NCBI GenBank assembly: GCA_028534125.1
Contig: CM052818.1
Coordinates: 27,716,001-27,780,000, forward strand
Length of the DNA: 64,000 nt
DNA from: Lama glama
Lineage: Eukaryota
Direction: 5' to 3'
The first letter of the stretch is position 1; every line of letters starts with the position of its first letter. The position numbers and the translations under genes are program-made. The notes under the pieces were generated by a model. The model made no database searches. It was not told the DNA's origin and was given only the letters and a program-made list of their open reading frames with translations. This document shows, piece by piece, positions 53,601 to 64,000 of this stretch.

Positions 53601-54699
53601 TAACTTCTTGAATTTGATTTTTAAAAGCCTTCAGAGTAAAAACTAAAAAACAACAAAATCAAAGCAAAAACAGTGGAGCCTTGTGTTTGAAAAAGTCAAT
53701 TTAGTTCAGTTACAAAATTAAGAATATCTATTGTTTATAGGGTTAAAAATTTTAACACGGTATCATTAATATCATTATTTAAAATGGAAAAACAACTACC
53801 TTTTAACATTACAAACAGTGAATATTAGAAATCTGTAAATCTGCAGTGTGTTTATATTAATGTTCACCCTTAACAATGCCATAAACTAGGTTGTAGTCAT
53901 GCGTTAACCCATGGAATGTTATATGTAGTCATTTTAAAGCAAACCTTTAAAGAGTTTTCATTAAAACCTCTGAGTATTTTTCTTCTTTGTTTTGCTTACT
54001 TACCACACGAGAATAACTGCAAAATAAATGAGCTAATCTGATGATGGTAAGTAAGCAAATACGAAAAGAAACAATGGCCTTTTATTCTTAGAGTAAATCA
54101 GAATTAGTGAGAATGAGAAAATAATGCCATATAAGACATTTGCTTACAAAGGAGATGGGACATAACACTTTGATCTTTAACAGGTAAACTAGAATTATTC
54201 TTTCTTGATGAGCTTAAAACTTAAAAGAAAAAAAGTAGAGTAGAATTTAACCTGAGTGAATTTAACCTGAGTAGAGCAGAATTTAGCTAGAGTGATAGAT
54301 TATTCCTGAGACATATTCTCACAACCATAAAGACCATTTTATTTTTCAAAAAGGAAAGTGACACTGAAAATTCATCTATGTTGACAATAAAATAAGTCAG
54401 GGTCTCAGTGGGCATTAACTATGCTATCAACACCTTACAAGTAATTTCCAAGAGTAAGTTAAAGTTGTTAAATGTATTGTCTTCAATGAGGGAAAAACCA
54501 GATGGAAATGTTGTAATAGAAATTTGTCAAACCAATTATTCAAATGAATGAAATAGTCCTCCCATGATAATGTTGTATCTTTTGCAGTAATTGTCACATA
54601 ATAATCTCGGCATTCTATATCTCCACATACTCCTCTCATCCTGGATTGTAGATAAAATTTCTGATCAGTCATGATGACTTGTTATCAATCTCACATTTT

Positions 54700-57600
54700 G
54701 GGGGCTTTCACAAAAGGATACAGAGAGATAAGAAAACTGAGGGAACAAGCTTCTAGTATGGCTCCAAAATACATGGGAAAGGAATTGACTTAAGTAAGGC
54801 AGAAGTGCCATATATTCCATAGAGGATGATATAAGGAAGAAATAAAAGGCTCAGATAAATGGATATTACAGAACACATATAATAATTATGCCAAGAAAAT
54901 CCACTAAATGTTCCACGTAAGGTATCTGAGACTGTGCCATTTACGAGAGCAATAGGAATATGTTGGTGAGAGGGGCAACATCATCACTGAGATGTTCAGT
55001 GGTGACTCTCTTCTGTAAGTCAAGATCGAAAGTAGGAGAGGCTATTATAGAACTGCAATAACTAATAGCAGTGGAGATGATTGGACACCTGAACAAACAG
55101 AAGCAATTAGTTGGATCATTATGGGGAAAAGATGCCGTGTGGGGTTTATGGCTTGCCTTAGTGGGAGAACCACTACACAGACTCCTAAGGTTTTGGAGCA
55201 AGACCGTGTCATATACTGTGTAACATTATATGCCTTTTGATAAACAGCTTCTGTTTAAGTTCCTGTGTCCCAATAGAGAGAGAGCAATTGGTCATGGGGT
55301 ACCAAATAACCATGCAGGTGTAACTGAGATAAACTTGGTTCTCTCAAACTCACCAAGTAATAATGTTGAGTGGGTCGACAGCAACCCATTTTGTAATGGA
55401 AGTGATAATTCTGGGGTCAAGTAGGAGTACAAAGAAGCAAGCTGCAGAAGCAGATACCCAGAGTTCCACCAGTATCTCTTCCACAGCTTGTATTGTCATA
55501 TAAGTGATCCTTGACCGCAGTCTCATAGAGGTAGTGAAAAGTCTGAGCATGGTTCACAAATGGACCAGTTCTGGAGTACAAACCAAAAATGGATGGAGGC
55601 CTCATTAAAGCCTCTCTCAGGTGTAGCCTGGAAAGAGAGTGGTGAGGAGAAATCCTCAAATGAGCAGAGTTTTTGTTGGTACATTTGGTCATTAGTTTTA
55701 TGTGGAAAGAAAATGTTCCAAGGTTAGAATATAATGGAATGATTACCATGATCAAGATCATGTAAGAAGAAACATTAGAAGATTGAGGACAAGAGGGTCT
55801 GCATTAGAGACATGTGAATGGACACCTAAGAGTGGACATAGAGATTGAAGATCATCATATCACATGTTAATACATAGTAGAGAGTACCTTTTGACCAGCA
55901 TCTCCTCATTTCCCCAACTCTGGCCCCTAGCCACCACCATTCTATTATCTGCTTCTATGAGTTTGGCTTTTTTAGATCTATTTCCACATATAAGTAAGAT
56001 CATACAGTATTTGTCTTGCTCTGGTTTACTTATTTCACTTAGCATTATGCCCTCAAAGTCCATCCATGTCGCAAATGGCAGATTTCCTTCCTTTTTGCAG
56101 CTGAGTAATATTGCAATACATATATATTCCACATTTTCTTTATCTGTTGATGAACACTTTGGTTATTTTCATGTCTTGGGTATTGTGAATAATGCTGCAG
56201 TGAACATGAGGGTGAAAATATCTTTTTGAGACAGTGATTTCATTTCCTTCACGTGTATAACCAGAAGTGGGATCTCTGGATTGTACAGTAGTTCTATTTT
56301 TTTTTTGAGGAATTTTCAGGCTGTTTTACATGGTAGCTGCACCATTTAACATTCACAAAAGTTTTTTTTCTCCACATCCTTGTGAACACTTGCCATGGCT
56401 TATCTTTTCAATAATAGTCATTCTAGCAGTCATTCTAGCAACGAGCCTCACACTAGCAGGTGTGAAATGATATCTCATTGTGTTTTTGATATGCATTTCT
56501 CTAATGATTAGTGGTGATAGGCATGTTTTCATGTACCTGTTGGCAATTTGTATGTCTTTTTTTTGAAAAATGTCTGTTCAGGTTCTCTGACCATTTTTAA
56601 ATAATACTTTTTTTCTACTGAGTTGTATCAGTTCCTTGTATATTTTGGATGTTAACCCCTTATCAGGTATATAATTTACAAATATTTTCTTGCATTAAGT
56701 AGGTTGCTTTTTCATTTTGTTCCTTTTTTAAATTTACTGTGAGGAAATTTTTAGTTTGATGTAGTTACACTTGTTTAAACATTTTTGATTTTGTTGTTTT
56801 TGCTTTTGGCTTATATCCAACAAAATCTTTGCCAAGACCAATGTCAAATAAGTTTTCCCCTATGGTTTCTTCAAGGAGTTTTCTAGTTTCGTATCTTACA
56901 CTTAAGTATTTAATCCATTTCAAGTTAATTTTTGTGAGTGGTGTAAAATAGGGTTCCAATATTCTTTCGCATGTGAATTTCCAGTTTTCTTAACAGCATT
57001 TATTGAAGAGACTTTTCTTTCTCCATTGTGTAATTATCGGCACCCTTGTCAAATATTGACTGTTTATGTGTGAGTTTACTTCTGGGCTCTGCATTCTTTC
57101 TTGTTTGTCTATGTGTCTCTTTTATGCCAGTACTATACTGTACTATTTACTATAGCTTGTAATATAGTTTGAAATCAGGGAATATGATGACTTAAGCTTT
57201 TTTTCCCCTTTCTTTCTCAAGATTGCATTAGCTATTGAGTTCTTTTGAAGTTGTATCCAAATTTTGGGTTGGTTTTATCTATGTCTGTGAAAAATGCCAT
57301 TGGAATTTTGATAGGGATTGCATTGAATCTATAGGTGGCTTTGGGTAGTATGGGCATTTAAACAATATTAATTCTGCTGACCCATGAATACTGAATATGT
57401 TTTCATTTATTTGTGTTTTCCCCCATTTCTTTTGCCAATGTCTTACGATTTTCAGTGTATAGATCTTTTTTTTCTCCTTGGTTAAATTTATTCCTAAGTG
57501 TTTATTGGTCTACCTAAAAATCTTTTTAAACATAATACATAGATTCACAGGAACCAGCTACCATCACTCCGAGTGACCCAGTTAAGGAATTTGTACTTCC

Positions 57601-58210
57601 TGTCCTGAAATTCTAGGCTGTGAGCCTGTATTTTGTATGGAAATGCAGGTTCTCAGAAAGAGTTTTGCCAGGGAACACAGCTAGAGTTCCATTGAACCAT
57701 AAGCTACAGTTGCTGCCTTGGCATATTGAATTTTTACTGCTAAGGGAGCAGCAGACAAGGCTAGAGCCACCATTGCTGGTAGCAGTAATTGACCCTCATC
57801 ACTGTGGGGCGATAAGGCACTGTTACTGAACGGCTGCAGGGAAGATTACTTTTGGCATCCACTTGGGCATCTCTGGGTACTAATTCCGACAGTGAAAGAA
57901 CAAATACAACAAACCTGCCCTGAGAAAAGCATGGTGAACTGGGACTTGAACCGATAGGGATGTGGGTCCAGATCACACCACCAGACAACTCAGTGAGATC
58001 AGCCTTCATGTGAGATGAAGGTGAGGGGAATTAAATGGAAAAGAGAAACAGTGATATTAGCTGTACCCTCAAGACCAACAGTGACAGAGGCTGCAGTTCA
58101 TCCCACTAATTTCCCCTTCTATATTTCCCCCAAGAAGAGTAGCCCACTGAAATCCTAAAGGATCTGTTCCCAGAACATATACAAAGAAATGTATCCAAGG
58201 GGCACAAGGT
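54700..58210 (+). mobile_element. ERVL-class internal sequence (gag/pol relics) split by an L1
   Basis: Gag-like VRGATSSLRCSVVTLFC…IAVEMIG (about 54965-55085); pol-like PFDKQLL, WFTNG, SGEEKSS; resumes at 57550-58200 with VLPGNTARVPLNHKLQLLPWH; followed by an LTR16-like LTR. Confidence 0.8.
55880..57508 (-). mobile_element. L1 ORF2 C-terminus and 3'UTR (L1MA/MB-like) inserted in the ERVL
   Basis: Antisense L1; ORF 56765-56959 (EPYFTPLTKINLKWIKYLSVRYETRKLLEETIGENLFDIGLGKDF) is an ORF2p relic. Confidence 0.93.
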
Positions 58211-58216
58211 GTGAAC

Positions 58217-58590
58217 TGTTGTGGTTGTTACGGTACACTGCCTTGATCTACTTTTGTAACTTAAGAATTTATTGTACCAGTTCCTGAGAGCTACTAAAAA
58301 AGATGGCTGTTAGTTGTCATCCCTTCTTGAGAATTTCCTTGGAAGACTGGGTGAGAAAGAAAATTGTTTCACCCAAGGTCCTTCCAAGAGCAACTGGGAT
58401 CCATGGGGATTCCCTTGCCCCAATTGAAGATAACTCTGAAGGACCATCTCAGTACTGGAGTTTACCATGGGATTGGCTGAAATTTTGTTGGAATGGGATT
58501 TCAGCTCCACCATCTCCCTGCTCAATGCTAATCCAGTTTTCTTTTCTTCCCTTGATCTCTGTATCTTGCAAAATCACCCTGTAGTTACTA
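58217..58590 (+). mobile_element. LTR16-family 3' LTR of the ERVL element
   Basis: Purine tract, then 'ttcacccaaggtc…gataactctgaaggaccatctcag…atgggattggctgaa'. Confidence 0.75.
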
Positions 58591-59139
58591 GGTAACAACA
58601 TTTTCTTAAACTTTTCAGCATTTTCTCAAACATCATGGCATGGAATCAGAAAACTGATATCTTAGTATGACTCATTAAAATCAGAGAGACAGCATAAGGC
58701 TGTTTTATCTTGTGAGAGGTGGGCTGAGGCGGGTTAAGCTGTGCAGTAAGGTAGGATCAGAATCTGTGAATCTAGCACCACATGATACCGAGTGCTTGCA
58801 GACGCTGTTGTGATGGTCAAGGCTCACTCCTGGTGTAGATAATGCAGGTTGTGGGATTGTTAGGAGCATCTTCTATTGTAAACTTACACTTTTGGGTGTT
58901 ACAAAACCCAGCCTCCTGCAATACCAAGCAAAGTGCTTTGTACTTAATAGGCTGCTTGAAAACATTGGCTAAATGCATCCATGCATAATTATAAGTGAAT
59001 AATTAAATTGATAAATTATCTGTGTTAAAATCTGTGGCAGAATATACTTTCTTCCTTGAAGAAGGATCATGTTAATTGAAAAAGAAAATGATTCATTTTG
59101 TTTAATTCTATTTAGTACCTTGTTTCTCAAGAACTTATT

Positions 59140-59350
59140 ACCTGGTTTTTTGGCAGTTCTGCTTACTAATTTCATTATCTTGGTCACATTTCCTAAACTC
59201 CCTGAGTTTCACCATCCTTTTGAGAATCAGAATAACAACAGAACCTATGTTATTAGTGTGAAAACTGAATGTGACAGAATGTAAAGCATTCCGCACAACG
59301 AGCCTCATAGAGTGAGCATGTTATACGTGCATACTATTGCTATAATTAGT
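59140..59350 (+). mobile_element. MIR SINE
   Basis: 'ttggtcacatttcctaaactccctgagtttc…aataacaacagaacctat…atgtaaagcatt'. Confidence 0.7.
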
Positions 59351-60079
59351 GTTCACATGGCAGGGGGTGTTTTCAGCCAGCTACCCTTCTGACGGCATCT
59401 CTCATCTGCATGACCCCATTCATAAATTTTTGCTCTCTCTCTGTCCTTAAGCTGGTAGCTCAACATCATATCAAGTGTGAGGTTTCTCTTATGATTGATC
59501 TTGCCCTTTCCATAAGGATTATTTTTCTGTGAGAGCAACATATTAAACTCTTCTTTGAGGGCAGAGGGTTCTCCTCAAAGGGCTCAAGTCTTCTTTATTT
59601 TTATGTCCCGTAAAGTCATAATGCCATTTTCTAAACTGCACTTTTGTTTTTATAAAAGCCTTTTGTCATAAGAAGAGTGCCAGGGTAATGACACTTAGTT
59701 CAGAGTTCTCAAAGCCTTTGCATTTTCCCAAGAGGATTAGGTTGGATTCAGTTATTTGGATGAATAGAGATTCGAATGCTTTTTCAAAGGAGGTAGCACA
59801 AGAAGAAAAGTGTTGGAAGTCAGAATTACCTGAGTTCAAATTATGGATTGACTTGTAATACCTCATGTGATTTATCCTTTCATGTTTATGTCTTCACAAC
59901 TTTGTGAGTGTGGGTTACCTTTACTATGTCCATTAAAAAATCAAAGAAAGGTTCAGCAAACAGTCATTATTATTATTACCAGTATTATTACAGCTATACC
60001 TTAAAGGGAACATCATTTATTTAGGATTGGCTGTAAGGACTAAATTGAGTATAGGGATTGTTGGGCACATTTTACATTT

Positions 60080-60280
60080 TAAGGCTGATACTTATCAACC
60101 TTTTTATCAGTTATTTAATCCTTACTGCAACCTTCCAAAGTAAATCTTATTGTTGGCTTTATTACATAGACAAGAAAACTGAAGCATCAAGAAGTTAAGG
60201 AATTTGTATGAAGTCTCACAACTAGTAGCTCTAAGTGATAAAGTTAGAGTTCAAAGCCAGGTGCCCTGACTCCACACTTA
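60080..60280 (-). mobile_element. MIR SINE
   Basis: 'atagacaagaaaactgaagcatcaagaagttaaggaatttg…ttcaaagccaggtgccctgactcca'. Confidence 0.8.
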
Positions 60281-60879
60281 CCATCAGTTGATGGACTGCT
60301 GCTTTCCGCCATCACTTCTGATCCTCAGCAACAAAGTAGGGTTGCTTACAGACCTCGTGCCACATTTTAAGAAGCAAAATTAGGAATACAAAAGAGTATA
60401 AGAAAGATAAGTAAAGAAAGGAAAAGAAAGTAGTAGAAAAGAAAAAAGATAAAAAATATTGAAGCTGATTGGTGCAGTAACTTTTCATGCAGCCTTTCTT
60501 TACTTGGCAATATAAGATGGGGAAGAGGTATCACATAAAAGAGAAGATAAGCTTATTTTAGAATATAGGCACCAACAGAGCAAGAATTTATGTCTATTTT
60601 GTTCCCTGTTTGTCCCCAGCACACAAAGTGCTGGGCACACTGTATCTCTTACGTGAATAAGTGAATGAAGTCAGGCAGTGTGTGTGTCCCTGCTAAGGCA
60701 GGTCCCTACGAGCTAGGTAAAATTTCTGGAATATTTGCCATAGAAATATTGCAACTAAGGGTACATTAAAATATAGCTACAGAGGTCCCAGACTAATGTG
60801 AATGGTGTGCAGAAAAAGTAGCTTGAGCCAATCCTCTGCTCTGTTTAGAAGCTGGAGATCCAGTATTGTCTTTAAATTT

Positions 60880-62900
60880 GACAGAAATTGTTTTGTATTT
60901 GAGCTAGGATAAGGGCTATGAATCTGAAGTCTTTCCTAATTTTTTTCTTTGTAACTCTAGTCTTTTAACTTATTTTCTTATTTATTTCTACTTTCTATTT
61001 TATTTTTATTTCTAATGGTTTTTCTATTTCAAAGAATACAATTTTTCCCCCCTAAACTTAAACTTCTGTGTCTTTTCAGAAGTTTTGTCACCAGATTCTA
61101 TATCTTACTTTTCCTCTTGAACTACTTTTTTAAAAAACATAATTCTCTATCGTCTTGAGTACATTTTCAGATATTTTTACCCAAGAGGGATAAGTAATGA
61201 GTGTACTATTGGATCACTGGACACTGGAAACTCTTTCTGTAGTTTTGGCACTTGAATGACATAACTTGGCAACTGTAGACGTATCTCCTTTGCCCTCTGG
61301 TAATTAATAAAACAGAAAAGAAATCTGATGTGAACATAACTTTGTTTTTATTTTGTAAGTAAACTTTTTCCCCTGTGCTTGAATTAAAAACACTTTTTTC
61401 TTGGAGTTCAAAAACTTCACTAAAAAAAGCAGTTAATAGTTTTCTTTACATCCATTTTTCATCCATAATTCTGAGCTCCTTTAATCTAAAGATTTAAGTC
61501 TTCATCTCAGAAAAATACTCCTTGTTGCTTACCTAATTATAGTTTTGTCTTTCTTCTATTTGCTCTCTCACTTTTGGGGAATTTCCTGGATCTGTTCTCC
61601 AACAAAGTTGTCTTAGTCTATTTTCTGACATGTTATTAAAGAAATAAGCTGATCTTCTAAATCAGGGATTGGCAGATTTATGGCCCATGACCTGTTTTCA
61701 TATGACCCATGAACTAAAAATGGTTTTTACATTTTTAAAGGGTTGCTAAGAAATAATAATAATAATCAATAGAGACTATATATAGAATACACCATCTAGA
61801 ATATTTACCATCCTAGTCTTATAGACAAAGCTGGATAAATCCTGTTTTTAAATACTTGTTTTGCTGTAGTATCTAATTTTTTTTTTTACTGCCACCACTC
61901 AATTTTTAAATTAAATTGTCCTTTGAGAAAAATTTTTTCCTAGTCTTTGGTTTATCTTCTTGATGGATTCAATAACTCCATTTTTCTAGATGGAACCCTT
62001 CTTTTCCTGGTAATAAAAAAAATGGGGGAAGCAGGTGTCAAGTAGAAAAGAAAATATCTGATTTTGGAATATGGGCATATGAAGATGAGGATTTTTGTCT
62101 TTTTTTCCTATATACTCTCTAATGCTAGAATGTGTTCCTAGACAAGGCATTTTTTTTTATTTTGCAGAAAAATTTACTTGTTGCAAAGTTTGTTTATATA
62201 CATATATATGTTTTTATTTATTTATTTATTTATGCTTGCAGTTCCTAAAGTTGTTCAAGTAATTTTCTTTCTGCCAGCTGGCCTATGGTCTATCCTCACT
62301 CACTATCCCCAGATGGAAAGTTGAGATGCCTGAGAATCATCAAAAATTCTTTAGTTCAAGGAAAGAATGGAAAGTGCTATCAGAGAGGCTGTTATTTTGC
62401 CTTTCTCCCCCTCCATTTAAGGAGGTGTCATTTCACCATTCTGTAACTGATGTGGTTGTGTTTTTAGGAGCTTGCAGTAGCAAATCTCATGACTTACCTT
62501 GTGGGCTGGCCTCTAGTTGGAGGAGTGGCAGTGAGTGCCACTGCCCATTGTATGTATCTGAGTACTGAGACAGTTTCTGAAATGCTTCCATTGGTTCAGT
62601 GCGCTAGTATTCCAAGTGTCCCAGGGGCGTTCCTTCTCTCTCAGTTCATGCTAGTTTCAGAGTAGTACTTTCCAGGGCTCTGTTGGAAAGTCTTGTTCTC
62701 TTATTATTCCAAGAGGGTCCCTTCTTCACATTTTTCACTTCCGTTGATTTGCCAGCTAGTAATTGCTTTTCATAACATGATCTTACCTTTACTCTATCTT
62801 AAAGAAATCCTTTACAATTTTTGTCTTGTTTTCTAGCCCCAATAAAGTTTTTAAATAAAGTTTTCTTTTTCATTTTGGACATTCCAAAGAAATTTGGGGA
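60880..62900 (-). mobile_element. old L1 (L1ME-like) fragments
   Basis: 'gaaatctgatgtgaac', 'cttggagttcaaaaacttcac', 'ctcctttaatctaaagatttaagtcttc'. Confidence 0.5.
61663..61844 (+). mobile_element. MER58C-like hAT element
   Basis: cagggattggcaga…'gaactaaaaatggtttttacatttttaaagggttg'…aatcctg. Confidence 0.8.
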
Positions 62901-63124
62901 TAGAAAAGAATTAGTTGATTGTCCTTTAGCAGCTATTCTTAAACATGTGTACGTCAGTGCATTTTCACAGAACTGATTTGTTTAACCCTCAGACAATCTT
63001 GTGAAATAGAAAATTGTTTTTATTAATTGCCACATTTTTTTTAAAGGGAAAAAAGCTTCAGAGAGATGGAGTAGCTGTCTCAGGGTCACATAACGTGTAA
63101 ATGGGCCCAGCTTCCGTGTCTCAC

Positions 63125-64000
63125 ACTCTGTCCTCACTCAGAGATTTATGCAGGGTTGAAGTAGGTCCACCCGCCTGCTGTGACTGGAAGTGATGCTGGG
63201 AATGTCCCTTATCTGAAACATCACCAACATTATCTTCCCTTCCACCATTATACTATTGCTGGATAAGAGAATCCAGTCCTTAGAATTCAGTGAGAACATT
63301 AGATGTCTTTACTGTAACCAGTTTAAGAAAATTGATCCAGACCACTTTGGGGTGTGTACCTTCTGATCTGACTTTCATCCATTTGATCCCCTTACAGCTC
63401 AATCCATTCTATTTTCACAACTTGGAGTTTAAAAGGCAAGTGATTTGTATCCATCAGCTCAGCAGTTGACAACAGGGCTAAATCCATCATTTGGTATTAC
63501 TTGGTCTTCCCGCACAGGCTGCCAAATACCTTCCAAAGCCACTGAAATTGATGGTGACAATTTTCCACATTCTTCATCTGTGGTTTACACTGTGACTGTC
63601 TTCAACTTCAGTCTCTCTAGGGACTAAATCCAGTTTGTTTTGTGTTAGATTTTGCAGTTACAACCTTTCATCTTTTGAAGTTGCACCTTGAAACACCTTT
63701 TCTCACATCTGTGAATTGGCCAAACCACTTAGTAGTAAGACTTCCCCTTTAGGTTCTTTTGCCTCTTATTGTTTGCTTTAAACTGATTGGAGAAGTATAT
63801 TATAATTTGTTGGTGTCACATGCTTCTAGTATTTCTCTTTTGATTTGAACATTTTCCTGTTTTGTTGGATTTTATTTTGCAATGTCTTGTACTTTCAATA
63901 TGTTGCTACATGTAAACTCAATTCTTGGGCAGCTGCACTCTGTTGGACTGGTTGTGTTGAAAGCCTGTGTGACCACAGGACATCAAGTAGCACCTTCAAG
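63125..64000 (-). pseudogene. decayed coding-like relic of an unidentified gene (possible processed pseudogene), truncated by the window edge
   Basis: Non-repeat-like sequence whose minus strand gives protein-like stretches broken by stops and frameshifts (NLTQNKLDLVPRETEVED; TDEECGKLSPSISVALEGIWQPVREDQVIPNDGFSPVVNC; REDNVGDVSDKGHSQHHFQSQQAGGPTSTLHKSLSEDRV). Confidence 0.5.

Overview
AT-rich, repeat-dense mammalian genomic DNA. It is most likely camelid (alpaca/camel), inferred from three tRNA-Ala-like SINE copies and young L1 3' ends of camelid type. I find no intact protein-coding gene; the ORFs in the track are L1/ERV relics or chance ORFs. The recognisable content is: many interspersed repeats (L1, L2, MIR, MaLR/ERVL/ERV1 LTRs, hAT MERs), a retroposed U6 snRNA pseudogene (38626-38739), and a small CpG-island promoter (about 49600-50050). 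That promoter carries a GC box, BANP/ZBTB33-like and YY1-like motifs, and a triplicated, partly inverted 16-bp element. There are splice-site-flanked segments on both strands between about 31 and 50 kb, which could be a lncRNA or a decayed gene; this is unresolved. Also present are a very old non-LTR reverse-transcriptase relic (about 27.1-28.0 kb), a twin-primed L1/unique-sequence chimeric retrocopy (about 19.4-19.86 kb), and an unidentified decayed coding-like relic at the right edge. Repeat family names come from recalled consensus sequences and were not confirmed by any search. Most boundaries are approximate unless a target-site duplication (TSD) is given.
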